Program-made: the position numbers and the translations under genes
In this document: positions 21,220-31,767 of the stretch, in pieces
Position numbering within the stretch: the first letter of the stretch is position 1
How the letters are laid out: every line of letters starts with the position of its first letter
Notes under the pieces: generated by a model
The model's input: the letters and a program-made list of their open reading frames with translations, nothing else
What the model was told of the DNA's origin: nothing
Databases searched by the model: none
Assembly: GCA_038131935.1 (NCBI GenBank)
Contig: JAYPQH010000032.1
Location: 1-64,000 of the forward strand
From: Alphaproteobacteria bacterium
GTDB taxonomy: Bacteria > Pseudomonadota > Alphaproteobacteria > UBA8317
Direction of reading: 5' to 3'
Length of the DNA: 64,000 nt

Positions 21220-22974
21220 TTATGGCAATTGAAATTTCCGCCAACTTCCCAAATCGGAAATATCATCTGCGTCCCTTACCCCATCACTTTCTACCAAAAA
21301 CACATGTGAATATTGACCATTTTCGAGATAAATTGTTCCAATTGTCAAAGGAGATGGAATATACTCCATAAAACCTCCCACCTCACCCTTTGGCAAAGCC
21401 CAAACTTCGACTTCTATTGCTGATCCATTTTTTACACGTATCAATCCAGGTCTATGAGGTGGCCCTCCTGGAAGTGCATAAAGTCTATAATTCGGAACTG
21501 TGTATGTTGCTTCAAGAAAGCGTGCTCCACGACTTACTAGTTCATGATTAAGAGGCATTCCAGACATATGCGCGCCGCAGACAGCAATTTTGAACTCGTC
21601 TTTGGAGATTTCACTGTCATGATGATCAGCCTGTTTACCCATAAAAGCCTGACCAATGGTTGCAATATATGAATCGCGGCCAGCACTTGCGATGAATGTA
21701 ACAGATCCGGGTTTCCGGTCTGATCGACATGAGGATGGTACAGTTAGAGCACAGAGATCCAACAAGTTCACAAAGTTGGTATATGTCCCCAAATTATTAT
21801 TCGGCGTCATTGGATCATGCTCTAAATCTTTTAACGTATAAAAAGTTGGTATTGATGGTACACATAGTAAAATCAACCATAGCCAATTTTTGATTTGGCT
21901 ATGGATTCCAATTCTTTCAAACGATACATGCCGCGGAAAGCGTCTGCAGCAGAGAATTGATCGGCCGCTCCAATGACTTTTTTTGTAACTTCGTGCAACG
22001 CCTCAGGATGATTGCGTAGCAACTCCTCTATCACCGTGTAACGCTCTGCGACCCAGGCGCCTTTGTAAAGCATATGAGCGACGGCATAGAACGGCGAAAA
22101 GTCTATTTCTTCAATCACCGCACCAAGTGACTTTCATCCGCTCTATATTCTGTTCAAAATTTTCTGCTTGAATACTGTCCCCAAAAAATATCCGAGTAGC
22201 CTTATCGGGTACGCCTACCTTAAATTGACTGGGGCATTTTCCTATTTTTCCAGGTTTAACCTGTTTTGAATAAGCATCATTGCGATCGTATTCACAACAA
22301 TTCTCAAAAATCTCGTAAGCATCTTCCACATTTTGTGCAAAAATTGATAATGTGTCCAATGTTCGACAAGCAGGCACAACACCCGAGGCAGATAGAGAGC
22401 CCAGTGATGGCTTAAGACCAACAATGTTATTCAATGCAGCAGGAACACGACCAGAACCTGCAGTGTCAGTGCCTAATGAAAACACAACCAATTTCTGTGC
22501 GACCGCAACAGCTGATCCACTTGAAGACCCCCCAGGTATAAGTTCAGGGTCGGTAGCATTTCGTGGCACACCATAGGGAGAGCGCACACCAACAAGTCCT
22601 GTTGCAAATTGATCCAAATTGGCTTTGCCAATTAAAAGAGCCCCTGCTTTGCGAAGTTTTTCAACCACAAATGCATCTTTATCTGCAATATAAGAATAAT
22701 CTGGACAGGCTGCAGTCGTTGGAAGTCCCTCTACATTTATATTGTCTTTAACAACAAAAGGTATGCCCCATAATGGCAAACCATGGCTTTCTGCTGGTAA
22801 AAGATTTGCTTCTGCAACAACATCCTCTTTCGGTCTGAGATAGATAAATATCGCAGGATCCTGAAGTTGTTGAATCCGCTGATAAACTTCACCAACAACA
22901 TCAATAGGTTTCACTCCACTGGCATAAGATTTTCTAAGAGACGACAATGTGAAAGGTAGTTTTATTAATGACAT
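21220..22974 (-). CDS. atzF: Allophanate hydrolase (split into 3 ORFs by two indels)
   Basis: PLWGIPFVVKDNI, NLDQFATGLVGVRSPYG, GGSSSGS, GTDTAGSGRVPA amidase signature; C-terminal AVCGAHMSGMPLNHEL domain. Confidence 0.92.
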
Positions 22975-24620
22975 GCTAACATCCTCTCATTTGTAACATG
23001 TTCAATTTTTGGAGGCTGAGGAACAGCATTGATCAGGTCACGCGTGTATTTGTGCACGGGGTTGTCCATCACCGTTTTGATTGATCCATGCTCAACGATT
23101 TCTCCATGCTGCATCACAATCACTTCATCACAAAGTAACCGAACAACGTTTAAGTCATGGCTGACAAAAAGGTATGACATTCCCATTTCCGCACGCAGAT
23201 CAGCAAGCAAATTCAGTATGATTGCTTGAATAGATACATCTAACGCAGCTGTTGGTTCATCAAGAATAAGAAGCTTTGGTTCCAAAGCGATGGCACGAGC
23301 TATACCCACCCTAGCTTTTTGCCCTCCTGATAATTGATGTGGAAACCTTGTAAGTAGCGAACGAGGAAGCCCAACCATGTCTGCCAATTCATTCACCCGA
23401 TTTTGCAAATGTTGACCTTTTAATTTTGCTATTCTCAAAAGTGGCTCAGCAATTGTATCGAAGGCCGCACTGCGAGGATTTAAACTATCATGCGCATCTT
23501 GAAAAACCATCTGAATGTCGCGACGCAGCGGACTGCGCATAAATTTTGATGCTGGCGTGGCAAGTAGATTTTCTCCATCGAAATGGACGCTACCAGATGT
23601 GGGGTCATACAACCGGGCTATAATTTCTGATGTTGTGGATTTTCCACTACCACTTTCTCCAACGATACCAAGAGATTGCCCGCGTTTCAAAACAAAGGAG
23701 ATTCCTTTGATTGCCTGTATTGCCCCTCCCTTCCCTTGATAAGTTTTTACAAGATCCTGTACCTGCAATAAAATATCATCCGTTATTTCGTGATGCGCTG
23801 ACTTTTTTCGTTGTTCCAAAGGCAACAAGCCCCTAATTGTTGATTCAAGTCGGGGTGTGGCAAAAACCAATTTTCGGGTGTATGCGTGTTTTGGGTGCAT
23901 GAACAATTCCAGTGGCTGACCTTTCTCCACAACAACACCATCCTTCATAACCACGACATGGTCACAATAATGAGAAGCAAGGCCAAGATCATGAGTAATG
24001 AGTATCATGCTCATATCTCGTTTTTTGATAATATCCGCTACGAGATCCATAACAATCTTTTGCGTTGTGATATCCAAACCAGTTGTTGGTTCATCAGCGA
24101 TCAGAAGACGTGGATTACATGCAAGAGCTAACGCTATAACAACACGCTGGCACATACCTCCTGACAACTCAAAAGGATACGCATAATATCTCTTTTCCGC
24201 ATCATGAATTCTAACGGCTTTCAAAGCTTCAACAGCCTTCTCTTTCGCATTATGACGTTTTGCTTGCAGGTGGCGGATGAGCACATCCTCAATCTGATGC
24301 CCAACGCGTCTTGTAGGATTTAACGCAGCCCTAGGGTTCTGAAAAATCATAGAAATTTCTCTCCCACGGATATCTCGCATATGCTTTTCAGAAGCTGAAT
24401 GTAGATCAATACCAGCATAGTTTATTTCACCATGATGAATATAACCGCCTACTTCGAGCAAACGTAATATCGCGTAAGAAGTCACAGATTTTCCTGAACC
24501 ACTTTCTCCAACAACGCCAAGTATTTCTCCTCTATCGAGCGCAAAATTGACGCCCCGAACAGCGTCAACAATTCCTTTTCTCGTGGAGAACTTTACAGCG
24601 AGATCTTTTATATTAAGCAT
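22965..24620 (-). CDS. Dpp/Opp-type ABC transporter, fused double ATPase
   Basis: Two GESGSGKS Walker A motifs; LSGGMCQRV and LSGGQKARV signatures. Confidence 0.93.
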   Translation of the reverse strand: MLNIKDLAVKFSTRKGIVDAVRGVNFALDRGEILGVVGESGSGKSVTSYAILRLLEVGGYIHHGEINYAGIDLHSASEKHMRDIRGREISMIFQNPRAALNPTRRVGHQIEDVLIRHLQAKRHNAKEKAVEALKAVRIHDAEKRYYAYPFELSGGMCQRVVIALALACNPRLLIADEPTTGLDITTQKIVMDLVADIIKKRDMSMILITHDLGLASHYCDHVVVMKDGVVVEKGQPLELFMHPKHAYTRKLVFATPRLESTIRGLLPLEQRKKSAHHEITDDILLQVQDLVKTYQGKGGAIQAIKGISFVLKRGQSLGIVGESGSGKSTTSEIIARLYDPTSGSVHFDGENLLATPASKFMRSPLRRDIQMVFQDAHDSLNPRSAAFDTIAEPLLRIAKLKGQHLQNRVNELADMVGLPRSLLTRFPHQLSGGQKARVGIARAIALEPKLLILDEPTAALDVSIQAIILNLLADLRAEMGMSYLFVSHDLNVVRLLCDEVIVMQHGEIVEHGSIKTVMDNPVHKYTRDLINAVPQPPKIEHVTNERMLACH

Positions 24621-24623
24621 ACC

Positions 24624-25520
24624 TCATGTCCTTTTCCGAGGATCAAAAATATCCCGTAACCCGTCCCCAAGGAGGTTAAAGGTAAAAACCGCAAGCATGA
24701 GCCATAACCCTGGAAAGACTGCTAGCCACCACTCACCTGAAACAATAAAGTTAGCGCCTTCAGCTACCATAATTCCCCATTCAGGTGTTGGTGGTCGAAC
24801 ACCCAAACCAATAAAACTTAGCCCCGCAGCATTCAAAATTGCCCAGCCTAAATTAAGAGAAATTTGCACCATGATAGGAGGAAGAGCATTGGGAAATATA
24901 TGAAAAGCCAACACCCTTAAATCACTATTACCTGAAATCTTTGCAGCCAATGAAAAACCCGAATGTCTGCGAATATTTACCTCAGCTCTAACCAACCTTG
25001 CATAAAAGGGAATATTAATGATTGCAGTCGCATAAATTATATTTTCCACTGTATTTCCAAGAGCAGCCACAACACCCATCGCCAGAACAAAAAGTGGAAA
25101 CGCCATAATGGTATCCAACATCCTATTAAGGATAGCATCTAACCAGCCACCCCAATATCCGGCCAAAGACCCCAAGATAGACCCAATGACAAAACTAAGC
25201 GCTACCGCAGCCACAGAAATCGTCAGATCAAGCCTTGTGGCCACAACCACCCTGCTAAAAACATCTCGACCAAGATTGTCTGTTCCGAACCAATGCTCCC
25301 AACTAGGCGGTTTTAGCGCCAATGCAGCATTCGTTGCTAATGGATCATAAGGTACAAAAAACTCGCCAAAAACTGCACAAATTAAAAAAAACGCAAGCAA
25401 AACAAAAGAAATGAGTGTTACAGGGTTTTCCCGCAAAACATAAATCACATGTCCCAAAGTTGATTGTTCATCAATCTTCCAAATACTTTTTTTAGGTAGT
25501 TTGAGTATTTCTGTCATCAC
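24624..25520 (-). CDS. Dpp/Opp-type ABC permease (DppC-like)
   Basis: HWFGTDNLGRDVFSR, LSFIGLGVRPPTPEWG, FNLLGDGLRDIFDP. Confidence 0.93.
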   Translation of the reverse strand: MMTEILKLPKKSIWKIDEQSTLGHVIYVLRENPVTLISFVLLAFFLICAVFGEFFVPYDPLATNAALALKPPSWEHWFGTDNLGRDVFSRVVVATRLDLTISVAAVALSFVIGSILGSLAGYWGGWLDAILNRMLDTIMAFPLFVLAMGVVAALGNTVENIIYATAIINIPFYARLVRAEVNIRRHSGFSLAAKISGNSDLRVLAFHIFPNALPPIMVQISLNLGWAILNAAGLSFIGLGVRPPTPEWGIMVAEGANFIVSGEWWLAVFPGLWLMLAVFTFNLLGDGLRDIFDPRKRT

Positions 25521-26539
25521 TGCAACCCCACCCGTGGATCGACAAGGGTGTATAAAATATCAATCATCATGTTAAGAAATACGAACAATAGTGCCATGGC
25601 GAGTACGAAACCTTGAACAGCGGCATAATCCGAGACCACTAGAGCTTCAACAGCGTAAGAACCTACACCTGGCCAGGCAAAAACCTTCTCCACCAATACG
25701 TTCGCACCTAGGGTAAAGGAAAAGACCATCCCAAGTGTTGTTATCACAGGTAAAAGAGCGTTACGAAATGCGTAGACAAAAAGGATCTTAGAACTTGTCA
25801 AACCTGCCGCGCGTGCTGTTCTAATAAAATCAGATGAAAGTGTTGCCAGCATAGCAGCGCGGGTCATGCGCGCCAAAGGTGCGAGGGTGAAAAGCGCCAA
25901 GGTACAAGCAGGTAATATCAACTGACGCAAAGCACCCAAAAACGTCTCTCCGTCGTAAGCAAGAGCGGAATCTATCAAGAAAAACCCTGTAATATGCGGG
26001 GGTGCTATATAAATAAAATCAAGACGGCCGAGCGGTGAAGGCGCAACACCAAGGTGGTAATAAAAAATGTACACCAACAAAATTCCTGTAAAGAACGTAG
26101 GCAACGATACACCAGCGGTCACCAAAATACGGCAAAGATGGTCGATCCATGTACCTGGCCTTGTTGCCGCAAGAACCCCTAAAGGAATAGCCACACCACA
26201 TGACAGGAATAGTGCAAAAAGCGTCAATTCTAAAGATGCGGGCAATCTCGCCAATAAATCACTCAGAACAGATTGCCCTGTACTTAAAGAAACCCCCAGA
26301 TCGCCCCTACTAAGATCAAAAATATAATATAAGAATTGCTCTATTAGAGGCTTATCTAAGCCCATATTCTTGCGTATTTCTTCTATGGATGATGCGTCTG
26401 CAGCAGGACCAGCGAAATAGGCAGCAGGATCTCCTGGTAAGGCACGTGTAAGCAAAAATGAAACAATCACCACACCCATTAGAACAGGAATTGCCTGGGC
26501 CAGACGGCCCAGGATCATGATCATACGCGAGCTCATCAT
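25517..26539 (-). CDS. Dpp/Opp-type ABC permease (DppB-like)
   Basis: LPGDPA, RLPASLEL, DFIRTARAAGL, VEKVFAWPGVG, DILYTLVDPR. Confidence 0.93.
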   Translation of the reverse strand: MMSSRMIMILGRLAQAIPVLMGVVIVSFLLTRALPGDPAAYFAGPAADASSIEEIRKNMGLDKPLIEQFLYYIFDLSRGDLGVSLSTGQSVLSDLLARLPASLELTLFALFLSCGVAIPLGVLAATRPGTWIDHLCRILVTAGVSLPTFFTGILLVYIFYYHLGVAPSPLGRLDFIYIAPPHITGFFLIDSALAYDGETFLGALRQLILPACTLALFTLAPLARMTRAAMLATLSSDFIRTARAAGLTSSKILFVYAFRNALLPVITTLGMVFSFTLGANVLVEKVFAWPGVGSYAVEALVVSDYAAVQGFVLAMALLFVFLNMMIDILYTLVDPRVGLQ

Positions 26540-28157
26540 CAAGCTTTCAGCAGCAATGGACGAACATCTAACTGCCGGTGAAACCAAAATTCATAACCAG
26601 CAGCACCATTCATCGCTACATTCAATGCCGGTTGCCATAGGGGAATACGAGGTAAGTCTTCGATGGCAATCTTAAACATTTTTTTAATGTTTGGAGCATA
26701 TGCAAGATCATCCATAGAGATGTGTAATGTCTCATCAACAAGACGTTCAATTTCAGGATTGAAGTAGTTTGAGGAGTTAAACAAATGACCCTTTTTATAC
26801 GCCCAGAAAAAATAATAGTCAGGCGTATTCAACCAGCCTCCAAAATTTTCAAGATGCAATGGCAACCGTTTTTCAACCAAAGCAGCAGTTCGCCAATTCG
26901 CACCAGGAATTTTCTCAATTTGCGTCTTGATCCCAATTTGCGCAAACGCTTCTTGCAGGAGAAGAGCTGTTGGCTCCATCCAATCAGCAAGTCCAAGACT
27001 TATAGATATGGGAACTTCAAAGCCTGTTGGGTATTTTGACGCCGCCATATATTCCTTTGCTTTCGCCATATCCGTCATATAAGGAAACTTTCTTGGCCAA
27101 GAGATATCATTGATATCTTCCTCACCCCCCCACATCGGAGCGCCACGGCCATATGCAGCTGTTTGAAAAATAGCTTCATAAGGAATAGCATAGGCCAATG
27201 CCTTACGTACATTTGGATCTTGAAAAGGTTCAAAATTGAAGTTTGGACATAAGCAATGAATACAATTTTCTATGGGTGTTGAGTAAACATCTACATTTTC
27301 AAGTGCATCAAGTTCAGCTGCGTCTTTATTTGGGATATTGAACGACATTTGGACATCGCCACGCTCAATGAGAGCACGCCTGGTAGATGGACTGGGCACC
27401 TCACGCACAATAACACGCTCAAAGCCTGGCAATGGACCACCTACCCAAGCATCGTTTCTTTCATACACGAGCTGTTGACCTGGATCCCAACGAACCACTT
27501 TAAATGCGCCTGATCCCGCTGGTGTTTTATGCAAATATGACATAGCCCATGGGTCATCAGCTGTTGCGTTTGCTTTGGCGACTTCAGCATTAATAATAAA
27601 CGGCACAGGCACAGCGAGGTCAGGCAATGTCAACTTTGATGGTTTGGCAAGCTTGATAACAAAAGTTTCATCATCTACAGCAATGAACTGCTCAGGAGAT
27701 GTTAATCCCCTGCCTTCATCTGTACGGTTGGGAATCCACCTGCTGACACGGCGCGATCAAAAGACCATTTTACGTCTGATGCCGTGACTTTGCGTCCATC
27801 CCAAAATGTAGCATTTTTCTTCAATTTGAACGTCATCGTCAAACCGTCCTCAGAAACTGTCCAGCTCTCGGCCAACTCGGGCTCTATCACTGAATAGTCA
27901 TACGATAAGCCACCACCTGGAGCAGTTTTTGTCCCGAAACTGACCAATCGATCGTAACAATTCACCGCAACCTGATAGGAAGCACGGTTTGTTCCAGTCC
28001 TGTGCAGATCAAGACTATTTATTGTTTGACCAGATACAACGACAATAGTTCCATTATTGCTTCGTGCCTGGGCTGGGATGACCTTCAAGAACGGCAACAT
28101 AGCCGCTCCCATAGCTCCACCAGACCACTTCAAAAAAGTTCTACGAGATGATTTCAT
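26539..28157 (-). CDS. Family-5 ABC substrate-binding protein with Tat signal (frameshift ~27705)
   Basis: MKSSRRTFLK twin-arginine motif; PELAESWTVSEDG.T.TFKL..NATFWDG..VTASDVKWSF; GSGAFKVVRW. Confidence 0.9.
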
Positions 28158-28295
28158 GGGTACATTCCTTCTGCATGTCCGTACCCTCATAGATATGTGA
28201 CTTAGAGAGATGCGTACAAATGCTAAGAATGAACAAATTTGCTGCAAAAATGCATCAGTTTAATTTTTACAGCCTACAATTGGGAATTGAATTTC

Positions 28296-29186
28296 ATGCG
28301 CCATCTTTTGATTTATGAAATGATAGAGGCAGTCCATCGCTCGGGCTCCATTAGAAAAGCGGCAGAAGACACAAATATTACAGCATCAGCGCTTAACAGA
28401 CGCATACAAGCTTTTGAGATGGAATTTGGTTGTGAAATTTTTGAGAGACTTCCAAGGGGTATGCGCTTAAACCCTGCTGGGGAATTGCTTCTTCACCATA
28501 TTCGCCAGCAAAAACATGGGCTTGCAAGAGTACATAGCCAAGTAGCAGATCTCTCTGGCATTCGGCGTGGGCATGTTAAAATTGCCTGTTCACAGGCTGT
28601 ATTGCCCTACTTTTTGCCCTCTGAGATTGCTGCCTACAGGGCTCAATTTCCTGATGTTACATTCTCTGTGAATGTTAGAGATCGAATACAAGCGGAACAA
28701 GATCTCACAACGTTTGAAAGTGACTTGGCCCTCGTTTTCGAACCTGCCCATATGGTGGACTTTGAAATTTTGCACATGGTACGGCAACCAGTGATGGCAA
28801 TCATGTCGAAAAAACACCCATTAGCAACACGTTCGTCGTTGCGACTGCGTGAATGCTTGGATTATGATCTTGTGCTACCTGCCAATCAATTTGGTGTTCG
28901 CCTCCTCCTGAATCAAGCTGCAACCAAATTACATCGCAAAATGAGTCCTGTCTTAGAAACCGATAGCTTTGACATGGTCAGGCATTATGCAGGTTTTGGC
29001 AATGCTATTGGCTTCCAGATACCCGTTGGATTGAGTGAAAAGCTTCAACAAGACATGTCATTTGTCCCCTTGTCAGAACATGACGTATCACTAGGGCAAT
29101 TGTATTTGGGGCACCTGCGCGGACGCACCTTACCAGTTGCAGCTCTTAAATTTGCAGAGCAAATCATGAACACCCTCGCATCTTGA
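28296..29186 (+). CDS. LysR family transcriptional regulator, divergent from the atzF/ABC operon
   Basis: GSIRKAAEDTNITASALNRRI..FE...G..IFERLPRGMRLNPAGE helix-turn-helix. Confidence 0.93.
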   Translation: MRHLLIYEMIEAVHRSGSIRKAAEDTNITASALNRRIQAFEMEFGCEIFERLPRGMRLNPAGELLLHHIRQQKHGLARVHSQVADLSGIRRGHVKIACSQAVLPYFLPSEIAAYRAQFPDVTFSVNVRDRIQAEQDLTTFESDLALVFEPAHMVDFEILHMVRQPVMAIMSKKHPLATRSSLRLRECLDYDLVLPANQFGVRLLLNQAATKLHRKMSPVLETDSFDMVRHYAGFGNAIGFQIPVGLSEKLQQDMSFVPLSEHDVSLGQLYLGHLRGRTLPVAALKFAEQIMNTLAS

Positions 29187-29222
29187 GAGAAGCTTAAATT
29201 TTTATACAAGCACAAGCCATTT

Positions 29223-29245
29223 CTTGCATGCATTGGTATGCAAAA
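29223..29245. terminator. Hairpin between convergent LysR and Anbu genes
   Basis: ttgcatgc-attg-gtatgcaa inverted repeat with one G-U pair. Confidence 0.4.
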
Positions 29246-29251
29246 ATTAAT

Positions 29252-29995
29252 TCAAGCGTCATCGTTGAGACTGTAAGTAGGCAGAGCGTATAAGCTTTCC
29301 TTCAACGATGCACCCCATTTTTGACTTATCATTTGAAAATAAGAATTGTCAGATGTTATTCTTCTATTTGTTGTACTGAGAAAACTATCTACCTCGTAGA
29401 TATTAAGGTCTAGCGGTAGACCAACTGAAAGGTTAGCTTTTATCGTTGAGTCAAATGAAACCATCAAAAGCTTCACTGCATCTTCAAAATTCATTTTTTT
29501 CTCAAAGGCCCTTACCAAAATAGGCCTACCATATTTGGTCTCACCTATTTGAAAAAATGGCTGCTCTTCAGATACCTCAATAAAGTTGCCCTCTGGGTAT
29601 ATGAGGTAAAGCCTCATTTCTCCTCCCTTTATCTGACCACCTAGAATAAAGGTTGATGAAAAAGTACTTTCTGCTTGCTGCTGCCCCCTTGAGCTTGATG
29701 TGATTACATCGGCCAATGTTTGACTAACTATTCTTGCCACTTGAAACATTGTCGGCGCTTCCAAAATCGATGGAGCTCGTTTATCTCGAACTTTGGTTTG
29801 CTCGGATAAAATACTCACAACTGCTTGGCTCGTAGCTAAGTTGCCAGCAGTGGTAAGAATAATTTGTCTTTCTCCATCAACACCCCAACAAAAAGTCTTG
29901 GGGTAGCGTGAGATATTATCAACCCCCCCATTTGTCAGAGTATCAGACATAAAAACCAACCCGTGATTTAATTTCAAGGCAACACAGTAGGACAT
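29252..29995 (-). CDS. Proteasome-type Ntn protease (Anbu)
   Basis: M-S-YCVAL...GLVFMSDTLTNGGVDNIS, AGNLATSQ, ILGGQI, YPEGNFIE, QIGETKYGRPIL, SFDSTIKANLSVGLPLD. Confidence 0.93.
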   Translation of the reverse strand: MSYCVALKLNHGLVFMSDTLTNGGVDNISRYPKTFCWGVDGERQIILTTAGNLATSQAVVSILSEQTKVRDKRAPSILEAPTMFQVARIVSQTLADVITSSSRGQQQAESTFSSTFILGGQIKGGEMRLYLIYPEGNFIEVSEEQPFFQIGETKYGRPILVRAFEKKMNFEDAVKLLMVSFDSTIKANLSVGLPLDLNIYEVDSFLSTTNRRITSDNSYFQMISQKWGASLKESLYALPTYSLNDDA

Positions 29996-30010
29996 GTACC
30001 AAAAACCTTT

Positions 30011-30826
30011 TTATTGCTGACTTACACAAATTTCTGTTTTGATTTGTTCTTCCCCACCACCAAACCTAACGCCTGAAAGTGGAATAACATCGGCATAATC
30101 GAACCCTGACGCGAGCCTTACATATCTGTCATCAGGTGAAATGCCATTGGAAACGTCAAATCCTACCCAACCTAGATCATCTATATAAACTTCTGCCCAT
30201 GCGTGGCTCGCTTCTTGCTGGTTTTGCTGTTGTAACATCAAATAACCACTGACGTAACGAGCACCAAATCCCATGAGCCGCACCACTGATATAAACGCGT
30301 GTGCATGATCCTGACACACTCCCTCCCCTATCATCATTGCTTGCTCAGCTGTTGTGCTCACACTTGTCTTACCTTTGGTGTATGAAATAAGTCGCAAAAT
30401 TTTTGCAGATAGTTGATGAAGGCAATCAAGTTCGCTCCAACCCTTCGTTTGCATGAGCCTTTGGGTGTCTTTTGCCAATCGTCGCAATCTTGGTCCAGGC
30501 GTTGTAAGATTGGTGTTATTACGAAAAAGCTCTAATGGCAGCTGATGCGAATGCGCACCGACAATTCCATTCGTATCGCTGACATCAACTGTTCCATGAC
30601 ATATGATTTCCATCGACTTCACGTCCGAATTTTCACGACACAGATGTATGATATTGCCATGATAATCAAAAGTGGTCATCACGATGGATCCACCAGTCAC
30701 CTCGATTTCCCAATTCATTACCTTTTGGTGATCCGTATCAAGAGGTGTTAAACGCAATCGCTGAACAACCGAGGAAGGCATCGTTTCATAGTTAAATGTG
30801 GTTTGGTGTGAAATAAAATGTATCAT
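30011..30826 (-). CDS. Transglutaminase-like protein
   Basis: QRLRLTP, GVCQDHAH (catalytic Cys), ARYVSGY, SHAWAEVY...GWVGFD. Confidence 0.93.
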   Translation of the reverse strand: MIHFISHQTTFNYETMPSSVVQRLRLTPLDTDHQKVMNWEIEVTGGSIVMTTFDYHGNIIHLCRENSDVKSMEIICHGTVDVSDTNGIVGAHSHQLPLELFRNNTNLTTPGPRLRRLAKDTQRLMQTKGWSELDCLHQLSAKILRLISYTKGKTSVSTTAEQAMMIGEGVCQDHAHAFISVVRLMGFGARYVSGYLMLQQQNQQEASHAWAEVYIDDLGWVGFDVSNGISPDDRYVRLASGFDYADVIPLSGVRFGGGEEQIKTEICVSQQ

Positions 30827-31767
30827 AGGCTATTCAAATGAAAATCATGAGCAATCGTCAGGCTTAACTCGTTATTTTTTGCAATATGATCTGTAACAAA
30901 TGACTTTAGATCAAATTTATGGCTATTTCTTACATGCTCTATACTCAAGCTTTCGCAGAACGCTTGCGCCATTTTTCCACTGTCATATTCCTTTTCATAG
31001 AGGATAGATAAATCCATGAGATTAGAATGCACTTGCTTGTAACAAAAATTAACAGAACGAGGCATCCTCGCATCAAAAATTAAGAAATCCGCTACACCCG
31101 TGGGATCTAAACGCCCCTTTTTTAACCAATTAAATGAACGCCAGGCAGCGAGCGATCTCAACATAACTTCCCACTGGCTTTGATCTTCACTTCCTCCAAT
31201 TACCTTCGCGGTTGGCAACAACCGGTGGTATTTTGCATCGATTATTCTTAATGTGTTGTCAGCTCTTTCGATAAAGGTTCCGAGACGTAAAAAATTGAAT
31301 ATATCATTTTGTAACATTGTCCCATAAAGCGCGCCTCTGAAAAGAGAGCTACCCTTGATAATGCCTTCCAAAACAACTGGAACATCATGGATATTAACAG
31401 GTCGTTTTAGTGACGATTCACAAGCAATCCAACTCTCGTTCAAGGACAACCAAACCTCCTGGGTCAAAGATGTTCTGACCGAACGACCATTTTGCCTAGC
31501 TTTCGACATTAGCGATAAAACACTATTTACGTTGTCTTTATCTCGGAGCAAAAAATTAATGGTATGAATTGTAGAAACATCATCAAATTTACTATAGAAA
31601 ATCTCTCTATTGCCACTATTGGATACAACTTGCTCCCATTCTGCTATACCACCATCTTCTCTTGATAAAGCATGATGTAAGACCGCTTGAATTAATCGTG
31701 CTGTATTTTCACTGCGCTCAAGATAACGCGCCATCCAAAACAAATTATTACCATGACGACCCAGCAT
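30823..31767 (-). CDS. Alpha-E domain protein (DUF403)
   Basis: LFWMARYLERSENTAR, ARQNGRSVR, FLRLGTFIERAD.T.R, PRSV; two ER motifs. Confidence 0.92.
   Translation of the reverse strand: MLGRHGNNLFWMARYLERSENTARLIQAVLHHALSREDGGIAEWEQVVSNSGNREIFYSKFDDVSTIHTINFLLRDKDNVNSVLSLMSKARQNGRSVRTSLTQEVWLSLNESWIACESSLKRPVNIHDVPVVLEGIIKGSSLFRGALYGTMLQNDIFNFLRLGTFIERADNTLRIIDAKYHRLLPTAKVIGGSEDQSQWEVMLRSLAAWRSFNWLKKGRLDPTGVADFLIFDARMPRSVNFCYKQVHSNLMDLSILYEKEYDSGKMAQAFCESLSIEHVRNSHKFDLKSFVTDHIAKNNELSLTIAHDFHLNSL

Noticed and set aside
18460-21220. Second att site (duplicated tRNA-Glu 3' end) bounding the island
   Set aside because: I saw no copy of TGGCGCTCCC in the intergenic regions inspected, so no boundary is called.
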